Source: Vicugna vicugna (lineage: Eukaryota). From it: a stretch of 64,000 bases of DNA. A program made the position numbers and the translations under genes. The stretch covers positions 124,001 to 188,000 of the forward strand of contig MU058213.1 of the NCBI GenBank assembly GCA_013265495.1, given 5' to 3'. The notes beneath the pieces are model-generated. The model made no database searches. It was not told the origin of the DNA and saw nothing but the letters and a program-made list of their open reading frames with translations. Shown piece after piece: positions 51,854-64,000 of this stretch. Each line of letters starts with the position of its first letter. Within the stretch, counting starts at the first letter, position 1.

Positions 51854-54800
51854 CTATTCCTAGGTATTTTATTCTTTCTGGTGCAATGGTAAATGGTATT
51901 GTTGCCTTAATTTCTTTTTCTGCTATTTAGTTGTTAGTGTATAGAAATGCAACAGATTGCTGTATGTTAATTTTGTATCCTGCAACTTTACCAAATGCAT
52001 TGATGAGCTCTAGTAGTTTTCCGGTTGCTTCTTTAGAGTTTTCTGTGTATAGCATCATGTCATCTGCAAACAGTGACAGTTTTACTTCTTTTCCGATTTG
52101 GATTCCCTTTATTTCTTTTTATTCTCTGACTACTATGGCTAGAACTTTCCAAAAACTATGTTGAATAAAAGTGGCAAGAGTGGGCATCTTTGTCTTCTTC
52201 CTGATCTTGGAGGAAATGCTGTCAGCTTTTCACTGTTGCGTATGATGTTAGCTGTGGGCTTGTCATATATGGCCTTTATTATGTTGAGGTACGTTCCCTC
52301 TGTGCCCACTTTCTGGAGAGATTTTATCATAAATGGATGTTTTTTATCAAAAGCTTTTTCTGCATCTATTGAGATAATCATCTGATTTTATTCTTCAATT
52401 TGTTAACGTGATGTATCACATTGATTTGTGGATATTGAAAAGTCCTTGCACTCCTGGGATAAATCTCACTTAATCATAGTGTATGATCATTTTAATGCAT
52501 TGTTGGAATTGATTTGCTAGTATTCTGTTGAGGATTTTTGCATTTATATTCATAAGTGATATTGGCCGGTAGTTTTCTCTTTTTGTGGTATCTTTGGTTT
52601 CGGTATCAGGGTGATGATGGCCTCACAGAATGAGTTCTTTCCTGTGCAGTTGTTTGGAACAGTTTCAGAAGGATATGTTGTTAACTCTTCTCTAAAGGGT
52701 AGAATTTGCCTGTGAAGACATCTGGTCCTTGACTTTTTTTTGCTGGGAGTTTTTAAATTACTGATTCAATTTTAGTAGTGGTAATCAGTCTATTCATCTT
52801 GTCTATTTCTTCCTGGTTTGGTCTTGGCAAATTGTACCTTTCTAAGAAATTGTTCATTTCTTCTAGGTTGTCCTTTTTGTTGGAATATAGTTGTTCATAG
52901 TAGCCTCTTATGATCCCTTGTATTTTTGTGGTATTGTAACTTCTCCTTTTTCATTTCTGATTTTATTAATTTGGGTCCTCTCCCCTTTTTTCCCTTGATG
53001 AGTCTGACTAAAAGTGTATCAATTTTGTTTATCTTTTCAGAGAACCAGCTTTTAGTTTCACTGATCTTTTCTATTGTTTTTCTAGTCTGTATTTCATTTA
53101 TTTCTGCTCTGATCTTTATGGTTTCTTTTCTTCTACTAATGGGTTTTGTTTCTTCTTCTTTCTCCAGCTGCTTTAGGTGTAAGGTTAGGTTGTTTGTTTG
53201 CAACTTTTCTTGTTTCCGGAGGTAGGTTTGTATCATATAAACTCCACTCTGAGAGCTGCTTTTGCTGTGTCCCAGAGGCTTTGGATCATTGTGTTTTCAT
53301 TTTCATTTGTCTCAAAGTATTTTTTGATTTCCTCTTTGATTTCTTCAGTGATCCATTGATTGTTTAGTATCATATTGTTTAGCCTCTACGTGTTTGCAGT
53401 TCTTTTTTCTTGTAGTTGATTTCTTTTTCTGTTGCGTATGTGTGTGTATATATGTATATATTTTTATTGAAGTATAGTCAGTTTACAATGTGTCAGTTTC
53501 TGGTTTCCAGCATAATGTTTCAATCATACATGAACATACATATATTTTTCACCATAAGTTACTATAAGATATTGGATATAGTTCCCCATGCGGTACAGCA
53601 TGAACTTGTTTATTGATTCTATACATATCAGTATCTGCAAATCTCCAACCTCACAGTGTTGTGGCCGGAAAAGATGCTTGGTGCAATTCCAGTTTTCTTA
53701 GATTTACTATGACATGCTTTGTGGGCCAGCATGCGATTGATTCTAAAGAATGTTCCATCTGCACTTGAGAGGAGTGTGTATTCTGTTGCTTTCAGATGGA
53801 ATGCTTTATAGATATCAAGTCCATCTGGTGTAATGTGTCATTTAGGGCCTGTATTTCCTTGTTGATTTTCTGTCTGGTGATCTTTCCACTGATGTAAGTG
53901 GGGTGTTCAGGTCCCCCACTAGTACTGTATTATTGTCCATTTCTCCTTTTATGTCTGTTAACAATTGCCTTACTTATTGAGGTGCTCCTAGGTTGGGTGC
54001 AGATGTATTTGCAGATGTTATATCCTCTTCTTGGATTGATCTCTTGAGCACTATGTGGTGTCCTTCTTTGTCTCTTGTAACAGTCTTTATATTGTAAGAT
54101 TTACTTTGTCTGATACAAGTATTGCTGGTCCAGCTTTTTTTGGCTTCCATTTACATGGAATATTTTTTCCATCCCCTCTCTTACAGCCTGCATTGTCTGT
54201 AGCTCTGAAGTGGTTCTCCTATAGACAGCATATACATGGGTCTTGTTTTTGTATCCGTTCAGTCAGTCTGTGTCTTTTGGTTGGAGTGTTTAACCCATTT
54301 AAATTTAAGGTAATTATCAATAACTATATTCTTATTGCCTTTTTGTTAATTCTTTGGGGTCTGTTACATAGGTCTCTTTTTTCCTTATGTTCTCTTTTTC
54401 TTGTGGTTTGATGACTGTAGAGTTACATCGTCTTGTGGTTACCATGAGGTTTTAGTATAGAAGTCTTTATATATATACATGATTGTTTTAAGTTGCTGAT
54501 ATCTTAATTTCAAATACATTTTAGATACTCTGCATCTGTACCCTCCTCCCCTCATGATTACTTTTCTTGTTTCTAGTTGTGGCCTATTGTTTTTTTTTTT
54601 ACCTTGAGAAATTCCTTTAACATTTTGTTGTAAAGCTGCTTTAGTGGTGCTGAAATCTTTTAGGTTTTTTTTAATTATTATTCAATCTGTGAAGCTTTTG
54701 ATTTCCCCATCAGGGATCTGAATGAGCCTTGCTGGATAGAGTATTCTTGGCTGTAAGTTTTCCCCTTTCATCACTTTAAATATATCGCACCACTCCCTTC

Positions 54801-56775
54801 TGGCCTGTAGAACTTCTGCTGAAAAATAGGCTGATAACCTTACAAGAGTTTCTTTGTATGTTACTTGTTGATTTTCTCTTATTGACTTTAATATTTTCTC
54901 CTTATTATTTTTTGTCAACTTGATTATTATGTGCCTCGGTGTGTTCCTCTTTGGGTTGATCCTGTGTAGAACTCTCTGCGCTTCCTATTTCCTTTCCCAA
55001 GTTAGGAAAGTTTTTAGCTATTATCTCTTCAAACATTTTCTCAGGTCCTTTCTTCTCTTTCTGGGACCCCTATAATGAAAATAGTAGTGCACTTCATGTC
55101 CCAGCATTATCTTAAACTATCCTCACTTCTTCTTTTTTTTTTTAACATTTTTTATTGAATTATAATCATTTTACAACGTTGTATCAAATTCCAGTGTAGA
55201 GCACAATTTTTCAGTAAATAGCCAAGACATGGAAACAGCCTAAATGTCCATCAACAGATGTCTGGATAAAGAAGATGTGGTATATTTATACAATGGAATA
55301 ATATTCCTCACTTCTTTTAATTCTTTTCTCTGTTGTGCACTAGTGATTTCCACCAATCTCTTCTAGCTCACTGATCCGTTCTTCTGCCTCATTTAGTCTA
55401 TTCTTGGTTCCTTCTAAAGTGTTGTCCATTTCCTACTGCATTATTCATTTCAGTAATTGTATTCTTCAACTCTGTTTAGGTATTCTTTATATTTTCCAAC
55501 TCCTTGCCAAAAACTCTGTGTATCTATACTCCTCTTGAGTTCTCTGAACATTTTTACAGTAATGATGGCAAACTCCTCAGATGGATTGCCTTTCTCAGAT
55601 AGATTCCCTGTCTCCTCATCACTTATTTCTACTTCTGGGATTTTATCTTGTGCCTTGGCCTGAAGATATTCCTCTGCCACCTCATATTGTCTAACTTTCT
55701 ATTTGTATTTTTAGGTATGTTAGCTATGTTTCTCAACCTTGGAGGGGTGGCCCTCTGTGAAAGATGTCCTATGTGTGCCAGCAGCACACTCCTCTCTTGT
55801 CACTCTAGGGCCAAGGTCCAGCAAGTCCCAGGGTAGCGTCTGGCCCAGGTTTGTAGATTCCTTGCACAACCTTTCGGACGGTTGTTTTCTTATTTCTGTT
55901 ATTCCTGGTGGGTGAGGCTAGACTAGAGGCTTATGCAGGTTTCTTGGCAGGAGGAGATGGTGCCTGCCCACTGCTAAGTAGAGTTCTGTCCTGGCCTTCT
56001 GGTGGGTAGGGCCACATCTAGGGGTGTTTGTGGCTTAGGAAGTCTGCTGATGGGTGGGGCTGTGTTCCCACCCTGTATGTTGTTTGGCCTGAGGCTTCAT
56101 AGCACTTAAGCCTGCGGGCTGTTGCGTGGAGCTAGGTGTTGTTGCTAATACCCAAGCAAGATGTCAACCTCCAGGAAAGCTCATGAACACTCTGTGAATT
56201 TCCACCACCAGTTTTTATGTCCCCAGGATGAGCCACAGCCAACCCCTACCTCCCCAGGAGAACTTCCAAAACCAGGAGGCAGGCCTGGCCCAGGTTCCTA
56301 TGAAATCACTGCCTCTGCCCTTGGACCTGATGCACTCAAGATTCTGTGTACACTTGCCAAGAGAATGAAGTCCCTGTTTCCCCCAGTCCCATGGGGATCT
56401 TGGAGCTAAGCCCTGCTGGCCTTCGAAACCAGACGTCCTGGGGTCTCCTCCTCCCAGTGCTGGGACCGCAGGCTGAGGAGCCCAGCATGGGACTCAGAAC
56501 TCTCACTCCTGTGGGAGGGCCACTGCGACTTATTCTTCAGCTTGTGGGTCACCCACCTAGAGGGTATGGGGCCTGATTATATCGCGAGCATGCCCCTCCT
56601 ACCATCCTGCTGTAGTTCTCTCTTTGTGTTCCCAGTTGAAGAGGATCTTTTTTGCTAGGTTCCATTCTTTTTTTTTTTTTTTAATGGTTGTGTAGCAGTC
56701 AGTTGTAGTTTTCTTGTAGTTGTGAGGAGAGGCAAGCTTGTGGTCCTGCTACTATGCCATCTGAACCAGAAATCC
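51854..56775 (-). mobile_element. L1 5' two-thirds (5' UTR, ORF1, EN and RT regions), degenerate, with small nested inserts
   Basis: ORFs 52139..52381 ([12 protein letters not shown]), 52895..53236 and 54682..54918 (ORF1 LQPRILYPARL); 5' UTR similar to that of copies A and B. Confidence 0.88.
55132..55304 (-). mobile_element. Very short 5'-inverted L1 insertion
   Basis: Poly(T) plus antisense L1 3' end, then a sense L1 piece; exact 12-bp TSD tcctcacttctt at 55120-55131 and 55305-55316. Confidence 0.85.
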
Positions 56776-57501
56776 ACATTTCTCATAGTATGGATCTGCT
56801 GGTAACAAATTCTTTTGCCTTTTGTGTATTTAAGTCTTTATTTCATATTTTGAGGGGAAGAGCAGGCAATCTGTTGGTGGTTTTTTCCCTCCAGTTTTAT
56901 TTATATGTAACTGATATGTAACAATAAATTAGTTTTAGGTGTACAACATAATGAGTATATACATATTGCAAAATAATTATCACAATAAGTTTAGTTAACA
57001 TCTATCACCTCACATAGCTAAAATTTTTTTTCCTGTGATGAGAAGTTTTAAGCTTACAACTATGCAATACAGTATTGTTAACTATACTCAGCATGTTGTT
57101 CATTACATCCCCAGGACTTACTTTGTAACTGGAAGTTTGTACCCTTTCATCACCTCCTTCTATTCGCCCCACCTCCAACCCTCGCCTCTGAAAGCCACCA
57201 ATCAGTTCTCTGTATCTATGAGTTTGGCTTTTTTAGATTCCACTTTCAGAGAGCATACTTGCATTTCTGTCTGACTCATTTCACTTAGCATTAATGCCCC
57301 TGAGGTCCACCCATGTTGTCAAAAATGATGGGATTTCATTCTTATTATGGCTAAACAATATTCTGTTTTGTGTGTGTGTATCTCACATTTTCCTTATCCA
57401 TCCGTCCATCAATGGATATGTAGGTGGTTTCCACATCTTGGCTAATGTAAATAATGCTATAGTGAATATAGAGCTTTATAAATCTTTTTGAGTTAATGTT
57501 T

Positions 57502-57682
57502 CCCTTCCTTCCCTCCTTTCCCTCCTTTCCCTCCTTTCCCTCCTTTCCCTCCTTTCCCTCCTTTCCCTCCTTTCCCTCCTTTCTTCCTTTCCTTTCCTCT
57601 CCTTCTTTCCTTCCTTTCTTCCTTCCTTTCTTTTCTTTCTTTCTTTTCTTTCTTTCCTTTTTGCAGGTTCTTTTTTTTTTTT
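57502..57682. repeat. Polypyrimidine simple repeat, (TTTCCCTCC)n grading into (TTCC/TTTC)n and poly(T)
   Basis: Directly visible; gives rise to the low-complexity ORFs FPSFPS and GGKGGK. Confidence 0.92.
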
Positions 57683-58190
57683 AATAGACTGTATTCTTTC
57701 AGAGTGGTTTCAGGTTCAAAACAGAATTGAGCAGAGTTCGCACATTGCCCTCCCCACCCACACATACATACTCCTCTCAACATCCCTCCTCAGTGTGGCA
57801 TATTTGGTACAATCGATGAACCAGCATGAGCACATTATTATCAACCAAAGTCCATAGTTTACATTAGGGTTCATTCTTAATGATGTACATTCTGTGGGTT
57901 TTGATAAATGCATAGTGACATGTAGCCACCACTATAGTATCATAGAGAATAATTTCATTGCCTAAAAACCCCTTGTGCTCCATCTATTCATTCCTCCCTC
58001 CCTCCCTCTCCCCAAACACCTGGAAACCATGATCATTTTATTGTTTCTGTAGCTTTGCCTTTTCCAGAATGTCATTTAATTGGAATTGTACAGTTTGTAG
58101 CCTTTTCAGACTGGCTTCTTTCACTTAGTAATATGTCTTTTAAGTTTCTTCTATGTCTTTCATGGCTTGATAGATCATTATTTTCTTACT
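57683..58190 (-). mobile_element. Older L1 (L1MC-like) 3' end
   Basis: ccaaagtccatagtttacattagggttcattctt motif recalled from L1MC-type 3' UTRs. Confidence 0.7.
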
Positions 58191-58423
58191 GCACATATAT
58201 TTTTTAAGTTACATATATGTACTGTTCATTGTTTCGAAGAAGGTTTAGAGCTTTAGCTTTCTAAACTTACATAGTTATCAAAGGAATAAAGCCAACCACA
58301 AAATAAGAATTCATTCAAAAATATACATATTCGCTGCTATTAACAGCAACATTTACAATTGTCAAGGTATGGAAGCATCCTAAGTGCACATCAATAATTG
58401 AGTAGATAATGAAGATACAGCTT

Positions 58424-58527
58424 GTATGTGTGTGTGTGTATATATATATGTGTGTATATGTGTGTGTGTGTGAGATTATGTATATATGTGTGTGCGCGTG
58501 TGTGTATATATATATAATATATATATA
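58424..58527. repeat. Compound (TG)n/(TA)n microsatellite
   Basis: Directly visible. Confidence 0.85.
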
Positions 58528-58589
58528 ATGGAATGAAATACAACTCACCCATAAAAAGGATATTTTGCCATTTGAGGCCCTTAATTCAC

Positions 58590-60779
58590 CTTTTCTTTTT
58601 TCACTTCAAAAACCAGAATTTTATAACTGGCAGAGATTTCCATTACATTAAAAACAACAGAATACCTAGAAACAAACTTAACCAAGGAGGTTACCTATCC
58701 TCTGAAAACCGAAATGACACAAAGAAATGGAAAGATTGCTTGTGCTCTTGGACCGGAAGAATCAACACTATCAATATGGCCACACTCCCCAAAGCAATCC
58801 ACAGATCCAACACAACCCCCATCAAAATACATGTGACATTCCTCACAGAACTAGAACAGACAATTCCAAAATTTATAAGGAACCACAAAAGACCCCGAAC
58901 AGTCACAGCAATCTTTTGTAGGGCTCGCTCTCTCTTTTTCCCTTCTTTTTCTTTTTGTTCTCTTTTCTTATGGTTTGAGGACTAGAGAAGGTCCTTTAAC
59001 ATTTGTTGCAAAGCTGGTTTGATGGTGCTGAAATCTTTTAGCTTTTGTTTATCTGTGAAGTTTTTGATTTCTCCGTCAAGTCTGAACGAGAGCCTTGCTG
59101 GATAGAGTATTCTTGGTTGTAAGTTTCCCCCTTGCATCACTTTAAATACATCATGCTACTCACTTCTGGCCTGTACAGTGTGCTGAAAAATCAGCTGATA
59201 ACCCTATGGGAGTTCCCTTTTATGTTATTTGTTGCTTTTCTCTTGCTGATTTTAATATTTTCTCCTTTTCCTTAATTTTTGTCAATTTGATGACTATGTG
59301 CCTTGGTGTTGTGTTCCTCTTTGGGCTGATTCTGTACAGTACTCTCTGCTTCCTGGACTTGGGTGACTGTTTCCCTTCCCACGTTGGGGGAGTTTTCAGT
59401 GATTATCTCCAAAATTTTTCTCAGGTTCTTTCTCTCTTCTCTTTCTGGGACCCCTGTAATGTGAATATTAGTGCACTTCATGTTGTCCCAGAGTTCTCTT
59501 AAACTATCCTCATTCCTTTTTATTCTTTTTTCTTTTTTCTGTTCTGAAGTAGTGATTTCCACTAATCTGTCTTCTAGCTCACTGGTCTGTTTTTCTGCCT
59601 CATTTAGTCTATTCTTGGTTCCTTCTAGGGTATTGTTCATTTCAGTGATTTTATTCTTCAACTCTGTGTATTTATATTTTCCAACTCCTCGCGAAAAGCT
59701 TCACTCTGTGCATCTATACTCCTCCTGAGTTCTCTGAACATCTTTGCCATCATTACTTTAAACTCTTTCTCAGATAGATTCCCTGTCTCTTCTTCACTTA
59801 TTTCTTCTTCTGGGATTTTATCTTGTGCCTTGGCCTGGGAGATATTCCTTTGCTATCTTGTATCATCTATGTTGTTTGTGGATTCCTTCCACAGGCTTTG
59901 GGATTGTTGTTTTCTTATTTCTAGTATCTGCCCCTGCTAGATGAGGCTGGACTAGAGGCTTTTGCAGGTTTCCTGGCAGGAGGAGCCAGTGCCTGCCCAT
60001 TGCTGGGTGAGGCTTGGTCCTGGAGCTCTGGGTAGGGCTGTGTCTAGAGAGGCCTTTGTGGCTGAGGAAGTCTGCTGATGGGTGGGGCTGTGTTCCCACC
60101 CTGTATGTTGTTTGGCCTGAGGCTTCCCTCCAGGCTGTTGGGTGGGGCTAGGTTTTGGTGCTAATGATCCAAAGATGTCAGCCTCTAGGAAATCTCATGG
60201 AGATGAACACTCTTGGAATGTCTGACACCAGCTTTTATGTCCCCTGAGTGAGCCAAAGCCATCCCCCGTGTCCCCAGGAGACCCTCCAAAACCAGCAGGC
60301 AGGTCTGGCCCAGGTTCCTATGAAATCCCTGCTTCTGCCATTGGACCTGGTGCACGTGGGTTTCCATGTATGCTTCCCAAGTGAATGGAGTTTCCATTTC
60401 CCCCAGTCCTATGTGGCTCCCAGAGCCAAGCCCCACTGGCCTTCAAAATCAGTTTTCCCAGGGTCTCCTCTTCCCAATGCCAGAACCTCAACTGGGGAGC
60501 CTGATGTGGAGCTTAGAGCTCTCACTCCTGTGGGAGGGCCTCTGTGACTTAACAAATCTTCAGCTTGTGGGTTGTCCACCCCAGGGGGTATGGGGCCCAA
60601 TTATATTGTGAGCACGCCCCTCCTACCGTGGGTCCCTCTTTGTTTCCAGTTGCAGAAGATCTTTTTTGATAGGTTCCAGTCTTTTTTCAATGGTTGCTGA
60701 GCATTCAGTTGTTGTTCCTTGTAGTCACGAGGAGAGGCAAGCTCAAGGTCCTACCATTCCATCATCTTGACTGGAAATC
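58590..60779 (-). mobile_element. ORF1-only L1 derivative (HAL1-like), copy B (~2.2 kb)
   Basis: 5' UTR, ORF1 remnant (ORF 59272..59661), inverted ORF2 fragment ~58640-58915 and T-run at 58591-58602; same junctions as copy A. Confidence 0.82.
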
Positions 60780-63700
60780 TTGAGTTAGTGTTTTTATTTC
60801 TTGAGATAAATACCCAGAAGTAGAATTGCTGGGTCATATTGTAGGTAGTTCTATTTTTAATTTTTTGAGAAACCTCCATACTGTTTTTGATAATGGTCAC
60901 ATCAATTTATAGTGCACAATTGTTCTTGTTCACATTCTCACTGACACTTATCTCTTGGTTTTTTTTTTTTGGTTTTTTTTTTAATAACCATTCTGAGAAG
61001 TACGAAGTGATATCTCATTGTAGTTTTGCATTTCCCTGATGTTCAGCATCTTTTCCTGTACCTGTTGGCCATCTCTATTGTCTTCTTTGGAAAAATGTCT
61101 ACTCAGAACTACTCAGCCCACTTTTAATGTCTAATCAGCCCATTTTTAATCAGATTGATTTTTTTTTGCTATTGAGATAAATATGTGTGTATACTTGCTA
61201 TTGAGATATTTATATCTAGAATACTAACCCACTATCAGATATATTATTTGAAATACTTTCTCCCATTCAATAGGTTGCCTTTTCGTTTTGTTGATAGTTT
61301 CCTTTGCTGTGCAAAAGCTTTTTAGTTTGATGTAATCCCACTTGTTTGTTTTTCCTTTCATTGCCTTTCTTTTATTGTCAAATCCAAAAAATCATTGCCA
61401 AGACTGATAGCAAGGAGCTTACCACCGAAGTTTTCTTCTAGGCGTTTCATGATTTCAGGTCTTACATTCAAGTCCTTAATCCATTTTGAGTCAATTTTTG
61501 TGTATGGTGTCAGAGAGGTCCAGTTTTTGAAAAACCATTTATGAAGAGACTGTTTTTTCTCCACTGTCTTTACTTGGCTCCTTTGCTGTAAGTTATTTGA
61601 CCATATGTGGGTGGGTTTATCTCGGGCTTTCCATTCTGTTCCATTACACTATGTGTTTGTATTATGCCAATACCTTACTGTTTTTTGTTACTATAGTTTT
61701 GTAATAGTTTTGAAATCAGGAAGTGTGATGCCTCCAGCTACATTCTTCTTCCTCAGGATTGCTTTGGATATGAAGGCTTTTCTATGGTTCCAGATAAATT
61801 TTAGAATTATTTGTTCTATTTCTGTGGGAAATGCCAGTTGGAATTTTGATAGGAATTGCATTGAATCAATAGGTTACTTTGTGTAGGATGGACATTTTAA
61901 CAGCATTGATTCTTCTAATCCAAGAACTTGGACTGTCTTTCTGTGTATTTGTATTTTCAGTTTCTTTCATCAATGTCTTAATAGTTTTCAGTATACAGAT
62001 TTTTCACCCCCTTGATTAAATTTATTCCTAGGTGTTTTTTTTATGCAATTGAAAATGAGATTTTCTTAATTTTTCTGATAATTGGTTATTATATAAAATC
62101 ACAACAGATTTCTGTGTGTTGATTTTATATCCTGCAACTTTACTGAATTCATTTATTAGTTTTAAGTTTTTTGGTGGAGTTGTTAGAGTTTTCTGTACAT
62201 ACTTATATTATCTGCAAGTACAGAGAGGTTTACTTCTTCCTTTCCAATTTGAATGCCTTTTATTTCTTCTTGCCTGATTTCTCTGGCTAGGATTTCTGTT
62301 ACTGTGTTGAATAAAAGTGCTGAGAGTGGGCATCCTTGTCCTGTTTCTGATCTTAGAGGAAAAGTTTTCAGCTTTTCACCTTTCAGTATGGTGTTAGCTG
62401 TGGGCTTGTCATATATGGCCCTTATTATGTTCAGGTACCTCTCCTCCACACCCACTTTGTTGAGAGTTTTTAATCATACATGAATGTTGAACTTTGTCAA
62501 ATGCTTTTTCTGCATCTGTTGATGATCGTATGGTTTTTATCCTTAATTTTGTCAATGTGGTACATCACGTTGACTGATTTGCGGATGTTGAACAATCCTT
62601 GTGTTCCTGGAACAGATCCCACTTGATCCTTTAGAATTCAATTTGCTAACATTTTGTTGAGGATTTTTGCAAAGATGTTCGTTAGGCATATTGACTTGTA
62701 ATTTTCTTTTTCTGATGCATCTTTATCTGATTTTGGTATCAGAGTAATAATGCTGGCCTCATAAAATTAGTCTGTGAGAGTTCCTTCCTCCTGTGTTTTG
62801 GAAGAGTTTGAGAAGGATTGGTATTCATTCTTCTTTTAATGTATGGTAGAATACCAGAGAAGCCATCTGGCCATGGACTTTGGTTTGTTGTGAGATTTTT
62901 GATAACTGATTCAATCCCCTTACTAGTAATTGGTCTGTTCATATTTCCTGTTACATCATAATTCAGTCTCTGTAGATTGAATATTTCTAGGAATTTCTCC
63001 ATTTCTTCTAGGCTGTCCAATTTTCAACATATAATTGTTCATAGTAGTCTCGTTTGATCCTTTGTATTTCTGTGGTACCATTGTAACTTCTTTTTTAGTT
63101 CTGATTCTGAGGGTTTTTTTTTTTTTCTGGTGAGTCTAGCTAAAGGTTTTTCAATTTTGTTTGTCTTTTGAAAGAGCCAGCTTTTAGTTTCATTATCTTC
63201 TCTATTGTCTTTTTAGTCTCTATTTAATCTATTTCCCCTCTATTATTTCTTCTACTAAATTTATTTTTCTTCTACTAACATTTGTTTCTCTTTTTTTACT
63301 TCTTTAAAGGTTAAAGTTAAGTTGTTTATTGGACTTTTTTTTGTTTCTTAATGTAGGCATTTATTGCTGTAAGATTCCCTCTTGGAACTGCATTTGCTGA
63401 ATCTCTAAGTTTTGGTAGGTTTTATTTTCATTATTATTTGTCTCAAGGTATTTTGTTGTTGTTGTTGACCTGTTTAAGTAGCATGTTGTTTTATCTCCAC
63501 GTATTTGTAAATTTTCCAGTTTTCTTCTATAGTTAATTTCTAGTTTATATCATTGTGGTCAAAAGAAGATGTTTCATATGTTTTTAATCTTCTTAAATTT
63601 GTTAAGATTTGTTTTGTAGCCTAACATATGGTCTCTCCTGGAGAATATTCCATGTGCACTTGAGAAAAATGTATATTCTATTGCTTTTGGGTGGATTTTT

Positions 63701-64000
63701 CCATTTATATGTGTAAGTCCATCTGGTTTAACTTGTTTTAAGGTTAAAGGTTGTTTAAAGGTTAATGTTTCCTTATTGATTTTCTACCTAGATGATCTAT
63801 CCATTGATGTAAGTAGGGTATTAAAGTTCCCTACTATTATAGTATTGCTGTCTTTTTCTTCCTTTTGGTCTGTTAATATTTGCTTTCTATATTTAAGTAC
63901 TATATCTATGTACAAATGTTACATCCTCTTGTTGAACTGACTTCTTTATCATTATGCAGTGCTCTTCTTTGTCTCTTATTACAGCTTTATTTTAAAGTCT

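Larger units (their letters stand above)
56885..64000 (-). mobile_element. Host L1 (3' UTR 56885-57501; resumes at 60780 through ORF2 to window end), interrupted by a 3.3-kb insert
   Basis: ORF2 peptides in ORFs 61358..61564, 62183..62455 ([12 protein letters not shown]) and 62739..63020; sequence reads continuously across the insert. Confidence 0.85.

Noticed and set aside
57493..57783. GGK-repeat and FPS-repeat ORFs resembling collagen-like or low-complexity proteins
   Set aside because: Translation of a polypyrimidine simple repeat at a retroelement tail
37600..64000. 3' exons of the expected downstream neighbour gene (DMXL2 in human)
   Set aside because: No non-repeat coding exons seen; the region is essentially all transposable-element sequence

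Overview
Mammalian genomic DNA; the tRNA-derived SINE type suggests a camelid (inference). The left ~37.6 kb holds exons 2-10 of GLDN (gliomedin: collagen plus olfactomedin domains) on the + strand. Exon 1 (transmembrane segment, furin site) lies upstream of the window. All nine exons have AG/GT boundaries and splice into one open frame ending in TGA at 34910-34912. The right ~26 kb is intergenic and consists almost entirely of nested retroelements. These include L1s, a two-LTR ERV1-like provirus lacking pol, and two copies of an ORF1-only (HAL1-like) L1 derivative whose 3' tail is an inverted ORF2 fragment. One of those two copies appears to carry a ~1 kb 3' transduction. Notable non-genic structure in GLDN intron 2: a near-perfect 116/114-bp inverted repeat ~520 bp upstream of the 18-nt micro-exon, a diverged ~240-bp direct duplication, and a sense-oriented L1 lacking EN and RT. 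All alignments were done by eye and repeat family names come from memory. No CRISPR, rRNA or prokaryotic system is present.
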